Shown here piece after piece: positions 29,691 through 41,885 of a stretch of 64,000 bases of DNA; the first letter of the stretch is position 1; each line of letters starts with the position of its first letter. The stretch is from the human T2T-CHM13v2.0 reference genome, Homo sapiens. The stretch lies in NCBI RefSeq assembly GCF_009914755.1, contig NC_060934.1, one strand, 5' to 3'. The position numbers and the translations under genes were made by a program. Below the pieces are notes generated by a model. The model searched no databases. It was not told the DNA's origin and saw only the letters and a list, made by a program, of their open reading frames with translations.

Positions 29691-29948
29691 GCAAAAGTTA
29701 TATAACAAAACAATAATGATTGTTTTAGTGATTGGATGTTCTTCACATAGTGATTGAAGTTCTTCTTTTGTGCCTTGAAGCTATCAATAAAGCAAGGCAT
29801 TACAGCAAATCCATCCATTTTTTTCAGGTAAGACCCTCAGTTTTCCCCCAGATTCAAGACAGATTATGTTGATGCTCTTTATCAGCCAGAGGTACAAGAT
29901 GGAACTGGGAGAAGAAGAGGTGGGTGTCATTTTTGGAGACATGCAGAA

Positions 29949-30125
29949 TGTCTTAGTTTGGGCTACTATAACAAAATGCTATAGACTAGGTGGCTCATAA
30001 ACAACAGAACTTTCTTTCTCACAGCTCTGAAGGCTGGAAGTCAGACTGAAGGTGCCAGAATAGTATGGTTCTGATGAAGGCTTTCTTTCTGGATTGTAGA
30101 CAGCAACTTCTCAATGTGTTCTCAG
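29949..30125 (-). mobile_element. MLT1A/MST-type LTR fragment
   Basis: tgtcttagtttgggctactataacaaaat...tctcacagctctgaaggctggaagtc. Confidence 0.8.
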
Positions 30126-30150
30126 TTTTAAAGGTTCTGATGTTTTGTTA

Positions 30151-30458
30151 CAGCAACACTGTCCAATACAGTTGCTACTGTATTTAGCATATGGAATGTG
30201 GCTAGCCCAAATTTAGCATATGGAATGTGGCTAGCTCAAATTGATGGTAAGTATAAAATGCACACCAAGTTTCAAAGATTTATTATGGAAAAAGAAATAT
30301 AAAACATATTTTTAAAATATTGATTACATATTGAAATGATAATATTTCAGACATATAGGGCTAGATAAGATAAATTACATCTTTTTTTTAATGTGGCTAC
30401 TGGAAAATTAAAAATTACATTTATGGTTCACATTTTATTTATGTTGGCTTGCCCTCTT
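30151..30458 (+). mobile_element. MER33 (Charlie5-derived hAT MITE) with an internal 29-bp duplication
   Basis: ctgtccaatac...aatgtggctag...aagtataaaatgcacacc...ttgaaatgataatattt...aatgtggctactggaaaatt. Confidence 0.8.
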
Positions 30459-31385
30459 TTAGAGTATTCATTTTTTTGGCACACAAAAGTCTGAGTTAAT
30501 TTAAGACACTTTATTGTCAAAAATGATTGGAGGGAACTAATGTATACCAAATTATAAGACATGGGAAGATGGTCTTCTGGTGGAATTATGAATAACTACA
30601 TGTCAGTGTTTTTATAAATGTAGCGGATAACATATTCATATGTAAAACAAACAGTTTAGTATTCCTATATTCTTACCTTGTTTCTCTTCATGTAATTTAA
30701 ACAGCAGCTGAGACATACACTTAACTTCAGAGAAGTGATTACCCAGAGAATCAACAGAACAAAGACTAAATATTTATTTCTTGGGACATGACAAAAGATT
30801 TGGGAGGATACCCTATGCATTAAGAGTGAATATGTTTTACCTTTAAAACTAGATAGATAAAGCTAAATAAAGCTTTATCAACCGAGGGATAGTTGCAAAG
30901 AAGAGAGAAGAAGAGTAAGAGAGTTTAGATAGCAGCCTGTCACTGAAAGAAAGGGATCTATGTGCTGCATTTCACATAGATCAGCAACCTGGAAGTGGGA
31001 AGGGAGAAATAAACAAATTCATACATTGAGGATCTGAGTCTTATGCAAGCAAGGTAGCAACATCTCAGAGTTCTGACTTCAACCCAAATTGTGCTCATGC
31101 TGTAGGTTACACATTAAGAGGTGATTTCTGTGGGAACATGGCTTTATTTAGCCCCAGTGTATTTCCAGAGGCCCTAGAACATGGCGTAGAGCATCTGCAT
31201 GTTTTCCATGCCCTGAAGAAGAACAAAGAAATAATTGAAAGAGATCTGACCAAGGGAAGGCCTAGGAACAAGGGTGAGTGATGTCAAAATAGCAACTAGT
31301 GTGAACAGGGAGCCAAGAACAAGTTGGGGTTATGTACATTTCAGTGGAGCATGGAGTAAAAAAGGCCAGATCCTACCCTTCTGAC

Positions 31386-31737
31386 TGCTATGATCTGAAT
31401 GCTTGTGTTAAAATTCACATGTTGAATCTTAATCCCCAATGCAACAATATTAAGAGGTGGGGCCTTAAAGAAGTGATGAGATCATGAAGGTGGAGCCCTC
31501 ATGAATGGGATGAGTGCCCTTATAAAAGAAGCTCACAAGAGATAGCCCCTTTCATCATGTGAGGACCCAGCAAAAAGGTCCCAACTATGAGAAAGTGGCC
31601 CTCATCAGACACTAAATCTGTTGACGCCTTGATCTGGAACGTCACAGCCTCCAGAACTATGAGAAATAAACTTCTGTTTTTTATGAGCTACCCAGTTTAT
31701 GGTATTTTGTTATAACTGCCTGAAACTAACTAGCACA
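31386..31737 (+). mobile_element. MSTC/MSTD-type MaLR solo LTR
   Basis: tgctatgatctgaatgc...gaggtggggcc...cagcctccagaactatgagaaataaa...ggtattttgttata. Confidence 0.88.
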
Positions 31738-32169
31738 GACTCTAAGAGCTGATTGTTATTTCAAGAGCTCCTGAAATATACATGCAACTAGGGGAGAAAA
31801 TGAAGGAAGGGAAACTCTGAAACACAAATTAGGTTGTTTGAGAAATATAAAAAAAGGTTATAGTTTAATTTAATTTCATAAGCTCATATCTTCTACCTTA
31901 TCAAAGAAGTAGAGAGGAACATGAGGCAGTTTAAAATTCTGAAAGATTTGGGGAAGCTTTTATTTAGTTTATTTTGTGAACATTTATAAGTAAGTAAAAG
32001 AGACTTCAAAATCAGTTCAGTTAGTCTCTAATTTAACAAGGGCCAATCCTAGCAAGATATTTAGCAGCCTCTCTTTGTCTATCTCTTTGAATCACCATTT
32101 CATCCTTTGTACCAGTGTCTACTTTCTTTGAGCACATTCAATGTACAATGTTGTTTTTTCCTTTCGTAA

Positions 32170-32990
32170 TCTCAAGTTTTTACTATTAAAATTTCCAAAT
32201 AAACAGAAAAATTCAAACACAAGTACAAAGAACATGGTATACATGTCATGTAGATTGAAAAATTAACATACTGCTATATTTATTTTATATATTTCTCTGT
32301 ATAAGTACACATATTTTTTCTGAAATATTTGAGAATTAATTGCAGTCATGACGCTTTCACACTTAAATTCTTGAAAATAAGGACATTCTGTTATATAACT
32401 ATAATACTATTAACAAGATAACAAATTAAAAATCCCTTGCTATTATCTAATATTGAATCCATATTCAAATTTTCCACTTATGCCAAGGATGTGTTTTCTA
32501 GATCCTTTTTATCCCCAAATAATTCAATTTAGGTTCATACATTGTGTGAGATGTTGCATCTCTTTGGGATCTTTTAGAGAATAGTTTTCTCTACACACAC
32601 ATCTCTATCATGATACTCACTTTTTGAAAAGTCCAGACCAATTTTCTCATAAAATGTTTCATATTCTGAATTTGTTTTATTGCTTCCTCATTGCATAGTT
32701 TAACATGTTGCCCAATCTCTTGTATTTCCCATAAATGAAGCTGTAGATATAAAGGCTTGCTTAGATTCGGAATTAACATTTGTGACAAGAACACATCATA
32801 GGTGGTATTTTATTCCTTGTATTTCAAGTGTTTCATATTGCATTGCATCAGGACTGACACAACTTCAGGTTTTACCACCATTTTATCCTTTGGTTAAGGT
32901 AGTTACCAAGTGGGGATCTCTCCACTTTACAGACACATTTTCAGCTTTACAATGAGTAAGTCATCTATGAGATTATTTTAGACACCGTCT
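32170..32990 (-). mobile_element. L1MC4/5-like 3'UTR
   Basis: aaaataaggacattctgttatataac, ttgaaaagtccagaccaattttctcataaaatg, ggcttgcttagattcgg. Confidence 0.7.
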
Positions 32991-33309
32991 AACTCCATTC
33001 CTTCTTCTTCTACTGCTTTGGTTTCTAACCAGTTACTTATCTTGAGGAAGATATTTGTTCTTCCTAAAGCTTCCTTTTTGTTCTATTCATTCACTAAGAA
33101 AAAATACAATGTTGTTGTAATGATTCAGTGAAGTAATGCATGTAAAATAGTTTTATAAATCGCAAATGTTGTAAATGTTAAGAATATTTATGTTTATAGT
33201 GGGAAGAATAGGAAGCAAAAGCACTTTTATCATCATTGTTGTAGTTTGAGTGTGTTCATTCCCCATAAGAAGGAAACATGCATTTGACTACATGGTTTAC
33301 TGAGGCATA

Positions 33310-33711
33310 CGTAATAGTTTGCTAGGACTGATATAACCAAATATCGCAGACTGGGTGACTTAAACAATATAAATTTATTTGCTCAGAGTACTGGAGGCAA
33401 GTCCAAGATCAAGGTGTTGGGCAAGGTTGGTTTCTTCTTCTGATGCCTCTCTCCTTGGCTTGCAACCAGCCGCCTTCCCACTGTGCCCTCACATGATCTT
33501 TCCTCTGTGTGTGCAATCCTGGTGTCTCTTTGAATTTTCTAATCTTTTCTTATAAAGACACCAGTCAGATTGGATTACGGCCCACCCTAAGGGCCCCATT
33601 TTAATTCAAAAACCTCATTAAGGACCTTAATTTCAAATAGTCACATTCTGAGGTTCTGGGGCTTAGTACTTCAACATATGAATCTAGGGAGACACAATTC
33701 AGGCCATAACA
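33310..33711 (-). mobile_element. MLT1A-type MaLR solo LTR
   Basis: Full LTR from gtaatagtttgctagg to acacaattcaggccataaca; 5-bp TSD gcata/gcaca. Confidence 0.9.
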
Positions 33712-33819
33712 GCACACATTATGTACATTATGTATCACATTATGTACATTAAGTGGACTTAAGTTGTAATATATATTTATAATTCTGTTTCATCAAAGAA
33801 ATAGTCAACATTTTCATAA

Positions 33820-34387
33820 TGCTAGTCAATACGCAGTACCAAATCATGCCCTCCTTTGTCAAAGCCTTCCAATTCTTTCCGATCTTGCTCAAAAAATACA
33901 AGCAAAGTCCTTTTTATGCCCCACAGGGTTCTCAGTCTGGTCTCTTAGCCTGTCTTGTCTCTAGATTTATTTCCTGTTATTCTATCTATCACTTGATCTC
34001 TCCACTTCAGTACCCTGAGACACTGTGACAGATTTCCCACCTAAGTGTTTATGCACTTGTTCTCCCTCTGCCTGCAATACTTTTCTCCCAATTTCTTTCC
34101 TTCCCTCAAGTCTTGTCCACTCAAATATGACCTTTTCATGAGAACTTCCCTGCCCACTAATTCATAGTCTGCCACCCTGACTTTCCTTACTTTTTTTTTC
34201 TCTGTAGCATAGACAAAGACTAATATACCTTAAATTGCATTTACTGATCTTGTTTGTTATTTGTGTTCCCATAAGTATACATACTAGATTTTGTTCTGCT
34301 TTATTGACTGATATATCACCTACATTGAGAACAGTGCCTGGCAAATTGCAGAAGCACAATAAACATTTGGAATGAAATGAATGAAAT
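33820..34387 (+). mobile_element. L2a 3' end
   Basis: gaacagtgcctggca...cacaataaacatttggaatgaaatgaatgaa. Confidence 0.8.
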
Positions 34388-34439
34388 AACATTGAGGCTC
34401 AATTTGAATTCATCTTTCAAATCCTCTTATTCTTACTAT

Positions 34440-34660
34440 GAGGAAAGGCAATACAGTGCAGTCTTCAAGAGCACAGGCCTTGGAGGTGGAAAGAATTAGG
34501 CAAGAATGCTGGCTACACTGCCTGCCAGTGGTTGTTGTTGGCCAAAAGTTTTTCCCATCTGAGCCTCAGGCTACTCAATGAAATTGAATGTAATTATCTT
34601 AAAGGATAATGAGGTTAAATGGGTTAAATAGTTAGCATAGTGATCAATATGTTGTAATGC
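34440..34660 (+). mobile_element. MIR
   Basis: cagtgcagtcttcaagagcacaggccttggag...tctgagcctcag. Confidence 0.6.
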
Positions 34661-36720
34661 TAAACCCAAGTCTGGACTGAGAGTGTTAAAATTGGTTAAC
34701 CAGGTCTGCTTTGGGAAGGATGGAAGTTGTGGCTGTCTTAAATGCCATATGATGACCAGATTCAAATACTCTGTTTTTATTATCCTCAGGTCAAATTATG
34801 TCCTGCCCATCCGCCCCCACTCCCACCCCCAGACTTTCATTGCATGGAGATCTTTGAAATCAGTAAAAGAAAATTGTGACAACTTAGGTAGCTTATTTGG
34901 TTTCAAAGCTGAAATATGAGTAAAAAAAATCAAGTAAGATTCTTTTCATTATCTTTAATATCTTACCTATTTTTGGTCGTATATTAATTTCACCATCCAT
35001 TTTTGCCATGCACTTTCACAAGTTTCCTAGAGAATTGTGACTTGGAAGGTATCCTTAAATTATTTAATCTATATTCTCAATTTTTACAAATGACAGAGGT
35101 GAAGCCCAGACTGAGGCTTTCTCAAAGACCCACATAGGTTTTGGAAGACCAGGGACAGATCTGAGATATAGAAGAAAGCAAACACATTATGATACAGAAG
35201 TTCTGGAAGGTAGGTGTTTTTCAGTGAGAAAACTGCAGGTTGGATGAGATGATATAACACGGCCACAAGGTCACATAACAGAAGGCTCTCTGACAGAAAG
35301 CTCAGTTTTTTCCATTATACTACTTCGTGTCTTCTTTTTACTAATGAAGAATTCCAATCCCAGTAATGCTGATCTGTGGGATCCTGCTGAGAAGGTGCCT
35401 TGTGGCTTAATGGTCTCCTGGTAACAGCCAGTATGGACTAAATGGTGCTCTGTGAAGATTCCTCATGATTTAAATTGACTTGCGTTTGTGAGGCCACATT
35501 TGAATTTATAACCTAACAAACTGCCACAGTCTGTTTTGAAAGAACACAATTCACACATGATTCACCCTCTCCTCACAATGCCTACAAAATAATCATTCTT
35601 TTAAGGCTTTTATATTTCCTGAGACGAGTTTTCTTCCTCTTGCTTTTTCCTGAACAAGGAAGTACTTATAATCTCACCTCTTAAATTACATTTTAAGGCC
35701 TCACAAACCATAGCAAAGGAAGGGACAGAGTCAGCACTAATTTCATAAACTATCTGTAAGGGAATTAATTACAACCTGACTTATTTTTCTTTTAGAAAGA
35801 AGTTATAAAGGAATCCCATAAATTTTGAAGGAGGAATAAATTCTTTCTCAGGAGGGGTGAGAACTGTAGTAAAATGTTAAAATAGCACAAATTAAAGTTG
35901 ACTGGAATCTCCTGTAAAATGAAGCCAAGCCAAAGGGTAGTAAATATCACTGAAGTTAAAATCAGTATCTTTCCATCAATAAAATTGATTAAAGTATTAC
36001 ATCTAAATATATACTCTATGAGGCATACTGATTCAAGATACACAAAAATTATATATGTCAAGCAGCAGTATTTTGCATTGAATTGAATATGTTTTCTCAA
36101 ACTTTTAAAAAGAGGAAGTATTTTTTCTGAATAAGCTAATACAGCTTGGAAAAAACATAAATTAAGCTGTTATCTCAAAAGTCGGATCACCTTACTTGCG
36201 ACAATATGAAATAGAAAATATAAGTATTTCTTAATATTTGTCCTATCAGTATATAAATAAATACAGTGTCATCTCTATGTTTGTCATTTTTTTCTCTCAA
36301 CTTCTCAATGTTATCTCTTCCTTCCACATGATCACTAGATAGGAATTCAAACTGACTTTGACTTTAAGAAAAATTATCATCTTTGTATCTCCATTGCCAA
36401 GAATTGTACCACGCTTACAGCATATTTACTCAAATATATTTCTTAATTGAAAATCTTTAGAAAACTGAATCTGCAAAAGTGATATTTACAATGCCTTCTT
36501 AAATAAAATTATTGATTTAAGGTCAGTTGTTTGTCATTATTTAGGGCACTCTCCCCTCTGTGTTATGTAAGTAACTCAGATTCAATTAAATCTTCATGAA
36601 TTTAATGAACTAATCTTCAATATAATATAAATATCAGAAGTGTTCTTTTGAATCATTGACCTAAAAATGAACCTTATCTTTGCCACTAATTAGCATATTA
36701 CTTGACTTCTCTGCATTTCA

Positions 36721-37102
<382 letters not shown>

Positions 37103-37605
37103 TCATTGGACACATTTGGAGCAATAATAGACTTTTTTAAAGCAATTAAAGGTTTATTGCAATAATGGTTATGAATATTATTTTTATTTAATAATATTTT
37201 GATTTTGGATAAGTTCATCATATCTTTGGACTTCAGCTATATCATGTATTAAAATATAGTGATTGGGTTAAGTTATCATTAATATCCTTTCTAACTCTAA
37301 AAGTTAATAGTTATATGACTCTAAAGAAAGTTACTCATGACCTGAAGGATTTATTACATAAATTCTATTCAGATATCTGTACAGTATTCCCCCTCCCCCC
37401 ACTATTAAAAATAAACCTTTATAGGAATGTTCTACAATAGTTGAAAGTGCACCAGAGAATTTGGGGAGGGATGCACTCAGCTTTTAGTTTTGATCCCTAC
37501 AATAGCTATTTTGTCATTTTGTCAAGTTACATATATATGACCTATAATTCTCTATTACAAGTGCATTATAAGAAGTAAAGGCCAATCTATCACTTAATAT
37601 CTATT

Positions 37606-37931
37606 TTTTTATACTTTAAGTTCTAGAGTACATGTGCACAACGTGCAGGTTTGTTATATAGGTATACATGTGCCATGTTGGTTTGCTGCACCCATCAACT
37701 CGTCATTTACATTAGGTATTTCTCCTAATGCTCTCCCTCCCCCAACCACCACTCCCCAACAGGCCCTGGTGTGTGATGTTGCCCTCCCTCTGTCCATGTG
37801 TTCTCATTGTTCAACTCCCACTTATGAGTGAGAACGTGCAGTGTTTGGTTTTCTGTCCTTGTAACTGTTTGCTGAGAATGATGGTTTCCAGCTTCATCCA
37901 TGTCTCTGCAAAGGACATGTTACAAGAGGAT
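37606..37931 (-). mobile_element. L1PA (about L1PA6-7) 3' end, 12-bp TSD, 12 extra nt at the 5' junction
   Basis: atactttaagttctagagtacatgtgcac...gcaaaggacatg; TSD ttaatatctatt at 37594-37605 and 37932-37943. Confidence 0.92.
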
Positions 37932-38891
37932 TTAATATCTATTAAAAAGTGAGCAATATAATTTAATAGATTTCACAGACTACCCACGAGATTCCAAGAA
38001 TACTTGTTTTCTACAAACTTCCACAGTATATACTCTAGCAATTGGGTGCCACGGCCAGTACTTCGAATGTTACCAATCAGTCTTAAAATACAAGATGTAA
38101 TGCTGATTATAAACTATACCATGTTCCCCCAGAAAAACTTCTTTTAAAGTTACCATAAAGAGAAAAAAAGAGGTGTTCCAGAGCGTTTTTCAGCACTTGG
38201 TAGACAAAAACACAAGACACAAATTATGTAACCTACAGCAAGTTTTTGGCTAAGTTTGTAACATTGGGTAACCTCTAATTTGCATGTGCTTTCTTTGGAT
38301 TTTTTAAAAGTATATCCAACTTGGTCTGGTTTTGGAACATCAGCTTTGGAAATCAAACAGTTCTTTTGAAATTCTGACAAGTTCCACCAATGGATTCTGA
38401 AGGGTTGGAGCTACACTTTCACACCTCCCTTTGTTTTTCAAACAAATGTCCTTCTGAAAACTAGGGATTTATGATGAGTGATCTCAATGTCTTCTTCCTC
38501 TGCCTCATTTGATCCAACATCTAAAAGTACTAAGTGATGTGGTTAGCCATGAGGGTGGATTGGCCTCCATAAAAATATTTCATACCCTGAAGTAGGCAAA
38601 GTCAATGACTGTGGTTTAGAACTCTCAGTGAAATATGATTTGGCAACATTGTTATTCTGAAATGTTTAATGTTGTTTAACTTGCTTTTTGGTTAATTTTT
38701 TATATTCACGTTATGTCTTTCTGTCCTGCAATGGCTTAAATAAACATAAATCTTTTTATTTTATTTGAGACTGCCAAGGTTTGAACACTAAATAGTTTGT
38801 TGGTAAACTTTTAAAACTTATAAAATTCTTTTGTATATTCTCTTTTGGAGAAATCAATCAAAAAAAGTGTTTTCTTCTGAATATAAAGTAA

Positions 38892-39248
<357 letters not shown>

Positions 39249-39271
39249 AAAACTGGATATTTCATGTTGAG

Positions 39272-39382
39272 ATGGATTTTTTCCTTTCTAAATAATTTCT
39301 AAATTTATATTAAAGATTTTATAACTACATTGGCAAATACACAAAATTCAATATCCTCCTGTTTCCTATACTACCCATTTTT
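39272..39382 (+). repeat. Copy 1 of a ~100-bp dispersed direct repeat (33-bp identical core)
   Basis: attttataactacattggcaaatacacaaaatt at 39316-39348 is identical to 41822-41854; flanks similar. Confidence 0.9.
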
Positions 39383-39787
39383 TAGAACAATAATTAAATA
39401 TTTAAAGAAATGAAGAAAACCTGTATTTGTTATTGATGAAATAGTCTATTATAACTTTTTGTAGAATCATATAATGACCTCAATCATGTTACCTTATCCA
39501 GCTAAACACATATCTTTTTCTAAAGGCTAAAAGTATTTCTGAGGATAGGCATTATCAGACTAATTTTCCCAGATCTGTGCGTTGTTATTTTAAAACCTAA
39601 AAATACTTTGGATATATTGCCAATAGTCTTCATAGCATTTTATTCAAGTATATTCTTGACTAAAATTTTATAAAATTTGGTGTTTATCCATCTTAATAGA
39701 GCAGTACAAAATTAGTTTAATTTATACAAAAGTACTAGCTTGGAAATGGACAAAATATTTTATAAATATATTCTACACACAACTCTC

Positions 39788-40220
39788 CTTTTTTAACTTT
39801 TATTTTAGGTTTGGAGGTGCACGTGAAGGTTTGTTCCATAGGTAAACTCATGTCACAGGGGTTTGTTGATAACTATTAGGTACTGGGCTTAATACCTGGG
39901 TGATGTAATAACCTCTACAACACCCTCCACCTTCAACTAGACCTCAGTGTCTCTTGTTTCCTTCTTTGTGTTCATAAGTTCTCATCATTTAGCTCCCACT
40001 TAGGAGTGAGAACATGTGGTATTTAGTTTTCTGTTCATGTATTAGTCTGCTGAGGATAACATCCTCTATTCCTGCAAAAGACATGATCTTGTTCTTTTTC
40101 ATGGCTGTATAGTATTCCATGGTGTATGTGTACCACATTTTCTTTATTCAATTTGTCATTAATGGGCATTTAGGTTGAATCCATGTCTTAATTATTGTGA
40201 ATACTGCTACAATGAACATT
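39788..40220 (-). mobile_element. L1PA (about L1PA11-15) 3' end with an internal micro-inversion
   Basis: taacttttattttaggtt...ggtaaactcatgtcacagggg...tttagctcccacttaggagtgagaacatg; 39869-39922 is in the opposite orientation. Confidence 0.88.
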
Positions 40221-40717
40221 GTTTTCCCATCCAAATGGTTTCATAGGACTTCTTCTTTCTGAGAGATTGTAGTGCACTGTGATTCCATCCCAGAGTCCCT
40301 GAATAGTTCATCATACCCTAGACATCCCCTGCTTCAATCTCTCTGAACAAAACTAACCTGTCCGAGATCCCATTATTTTAGGGTTTCATCCTGCCAAAGT
40401 ACTTATGGGTGATTGTGTTACACTCATAAATAACACATGCATCTTTTCAGATTTCTAAAGTCAATGCCTTCATTTAGAAGTGGACATAAGTTTCAGATCC
40501 TTTTCATGTCAGTTGGTAAGAGAGTTTTGAGCAGGTAAGCTGTTTATTATTTTTAGAATTGCATTCTGTTATTAAACCACTTGCCATTTGTTGTGCATTG
40601 ATCTACTCTGGAAAGAACAGACATAAATACAGTACAGAGGGTAGGATGGTTTTCCAGAACTACTTGGCTACACTATCCAGGTAATGGATGTCTGAATAAC
40701 AGGAGACACCCCTCACA

Positions 40718-40746
40718 TGGACTTTGGACTTGGCCCATGTTTACAC
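40718..40746. promoter_or_regulatory. HNF4 DR1 motif adjacent to a FOXA motif (candidate enhancer core)
   Basis: TGGACTTTGGACT at 40718-40730 and TGTTTAC at 40738-40744 in apparently unique sequence; motif match only. Confidence 0.5.
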
Positions 40747-41212
40747 AAGAGTTTCTCTGTTTCAGGAAGGAAAAGAATGATGTATACATAGCTGGTACTT
40801 CAATGAAAAACCAGCCTGTCTAGCCAGTCATTTAGTGAAGTATGCTGTTGAAGCAGTGGGGAGACTTCCAGGTAGCTACTGGTCTAACCTTCTGTAAGCA
40901 GTGAATCAACTTTTGGCCAGGCAGTGCCAAAACGGCCAGAAGGTACTGGGTGCTATCTCTTTCACAGACTCTGATTTGTACACAAAATTAAAAGATATAT
41001 GCAGAGGTTATTTCAATCTTTTTAAGATTTTGAGAGAATAAGGGTATGTATATATTTTTAAGAAAAATTGAACTTGAAAAGAGAGTGAGACATTAGGAAC
41101 AAAGAAAGCCCTGCAAAGATAGCACAAACAGACTTCGTTATTTTAGATCTCACATTCTGTTTTAGGTTCCACCGCCATGACGATCCATATGTCCCTATAA
41201 ATACTCAGCATC

Positions 41213-41531
<319 letters not shown>

Positions 41532-41785
41532 CCCTCAGCATCCCATTTTTTCTATATCTCTCTTCCTTACACCTCAGAACATCTTTTCCTTTTATTTTTA
41601 AGGCCAGTGTTCTAAAATAGCTAAATATTATTCTCTTGAAATATTCTTCATCTTAGCAAGCTGATTGTTAAGGTAACCTCACAGTTATCCAGATATAAAC
41701 AAGCAAAATCATTAGGAATGATTTTAGATCAATGATCTTGAGTCTCTAGTTCAAATACATTGGGACTGCCTTAGGAAGGAAAGGG

Positions 41786-41885
41786 ACAGATTTCCCCTTT
41801 CTAAAGAGTCCCTAAATTTATATTTTATAACTACATTGGCAAATACACAAAATTTAACTCCCTCCATTTTCCATCTTCATTTTTT
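41786..41885 (+). repeat. Copy 2 of the ~100-bp dispersed direct repeat
   Basis: Core 41822-41854 is identical to 39316-39348. Confidence 0.9.

Noticed and set aside
40451-40534. 84-nt + strand exon candidate
   Set aside because: Short pyrimidine tract, competing donor at 40516, unrecognised peptide.
40911-40932. TTGGC...GCCAA as a full NFI palindrome
   Set aside because: Spacer is 8 nt rather than the required 5.
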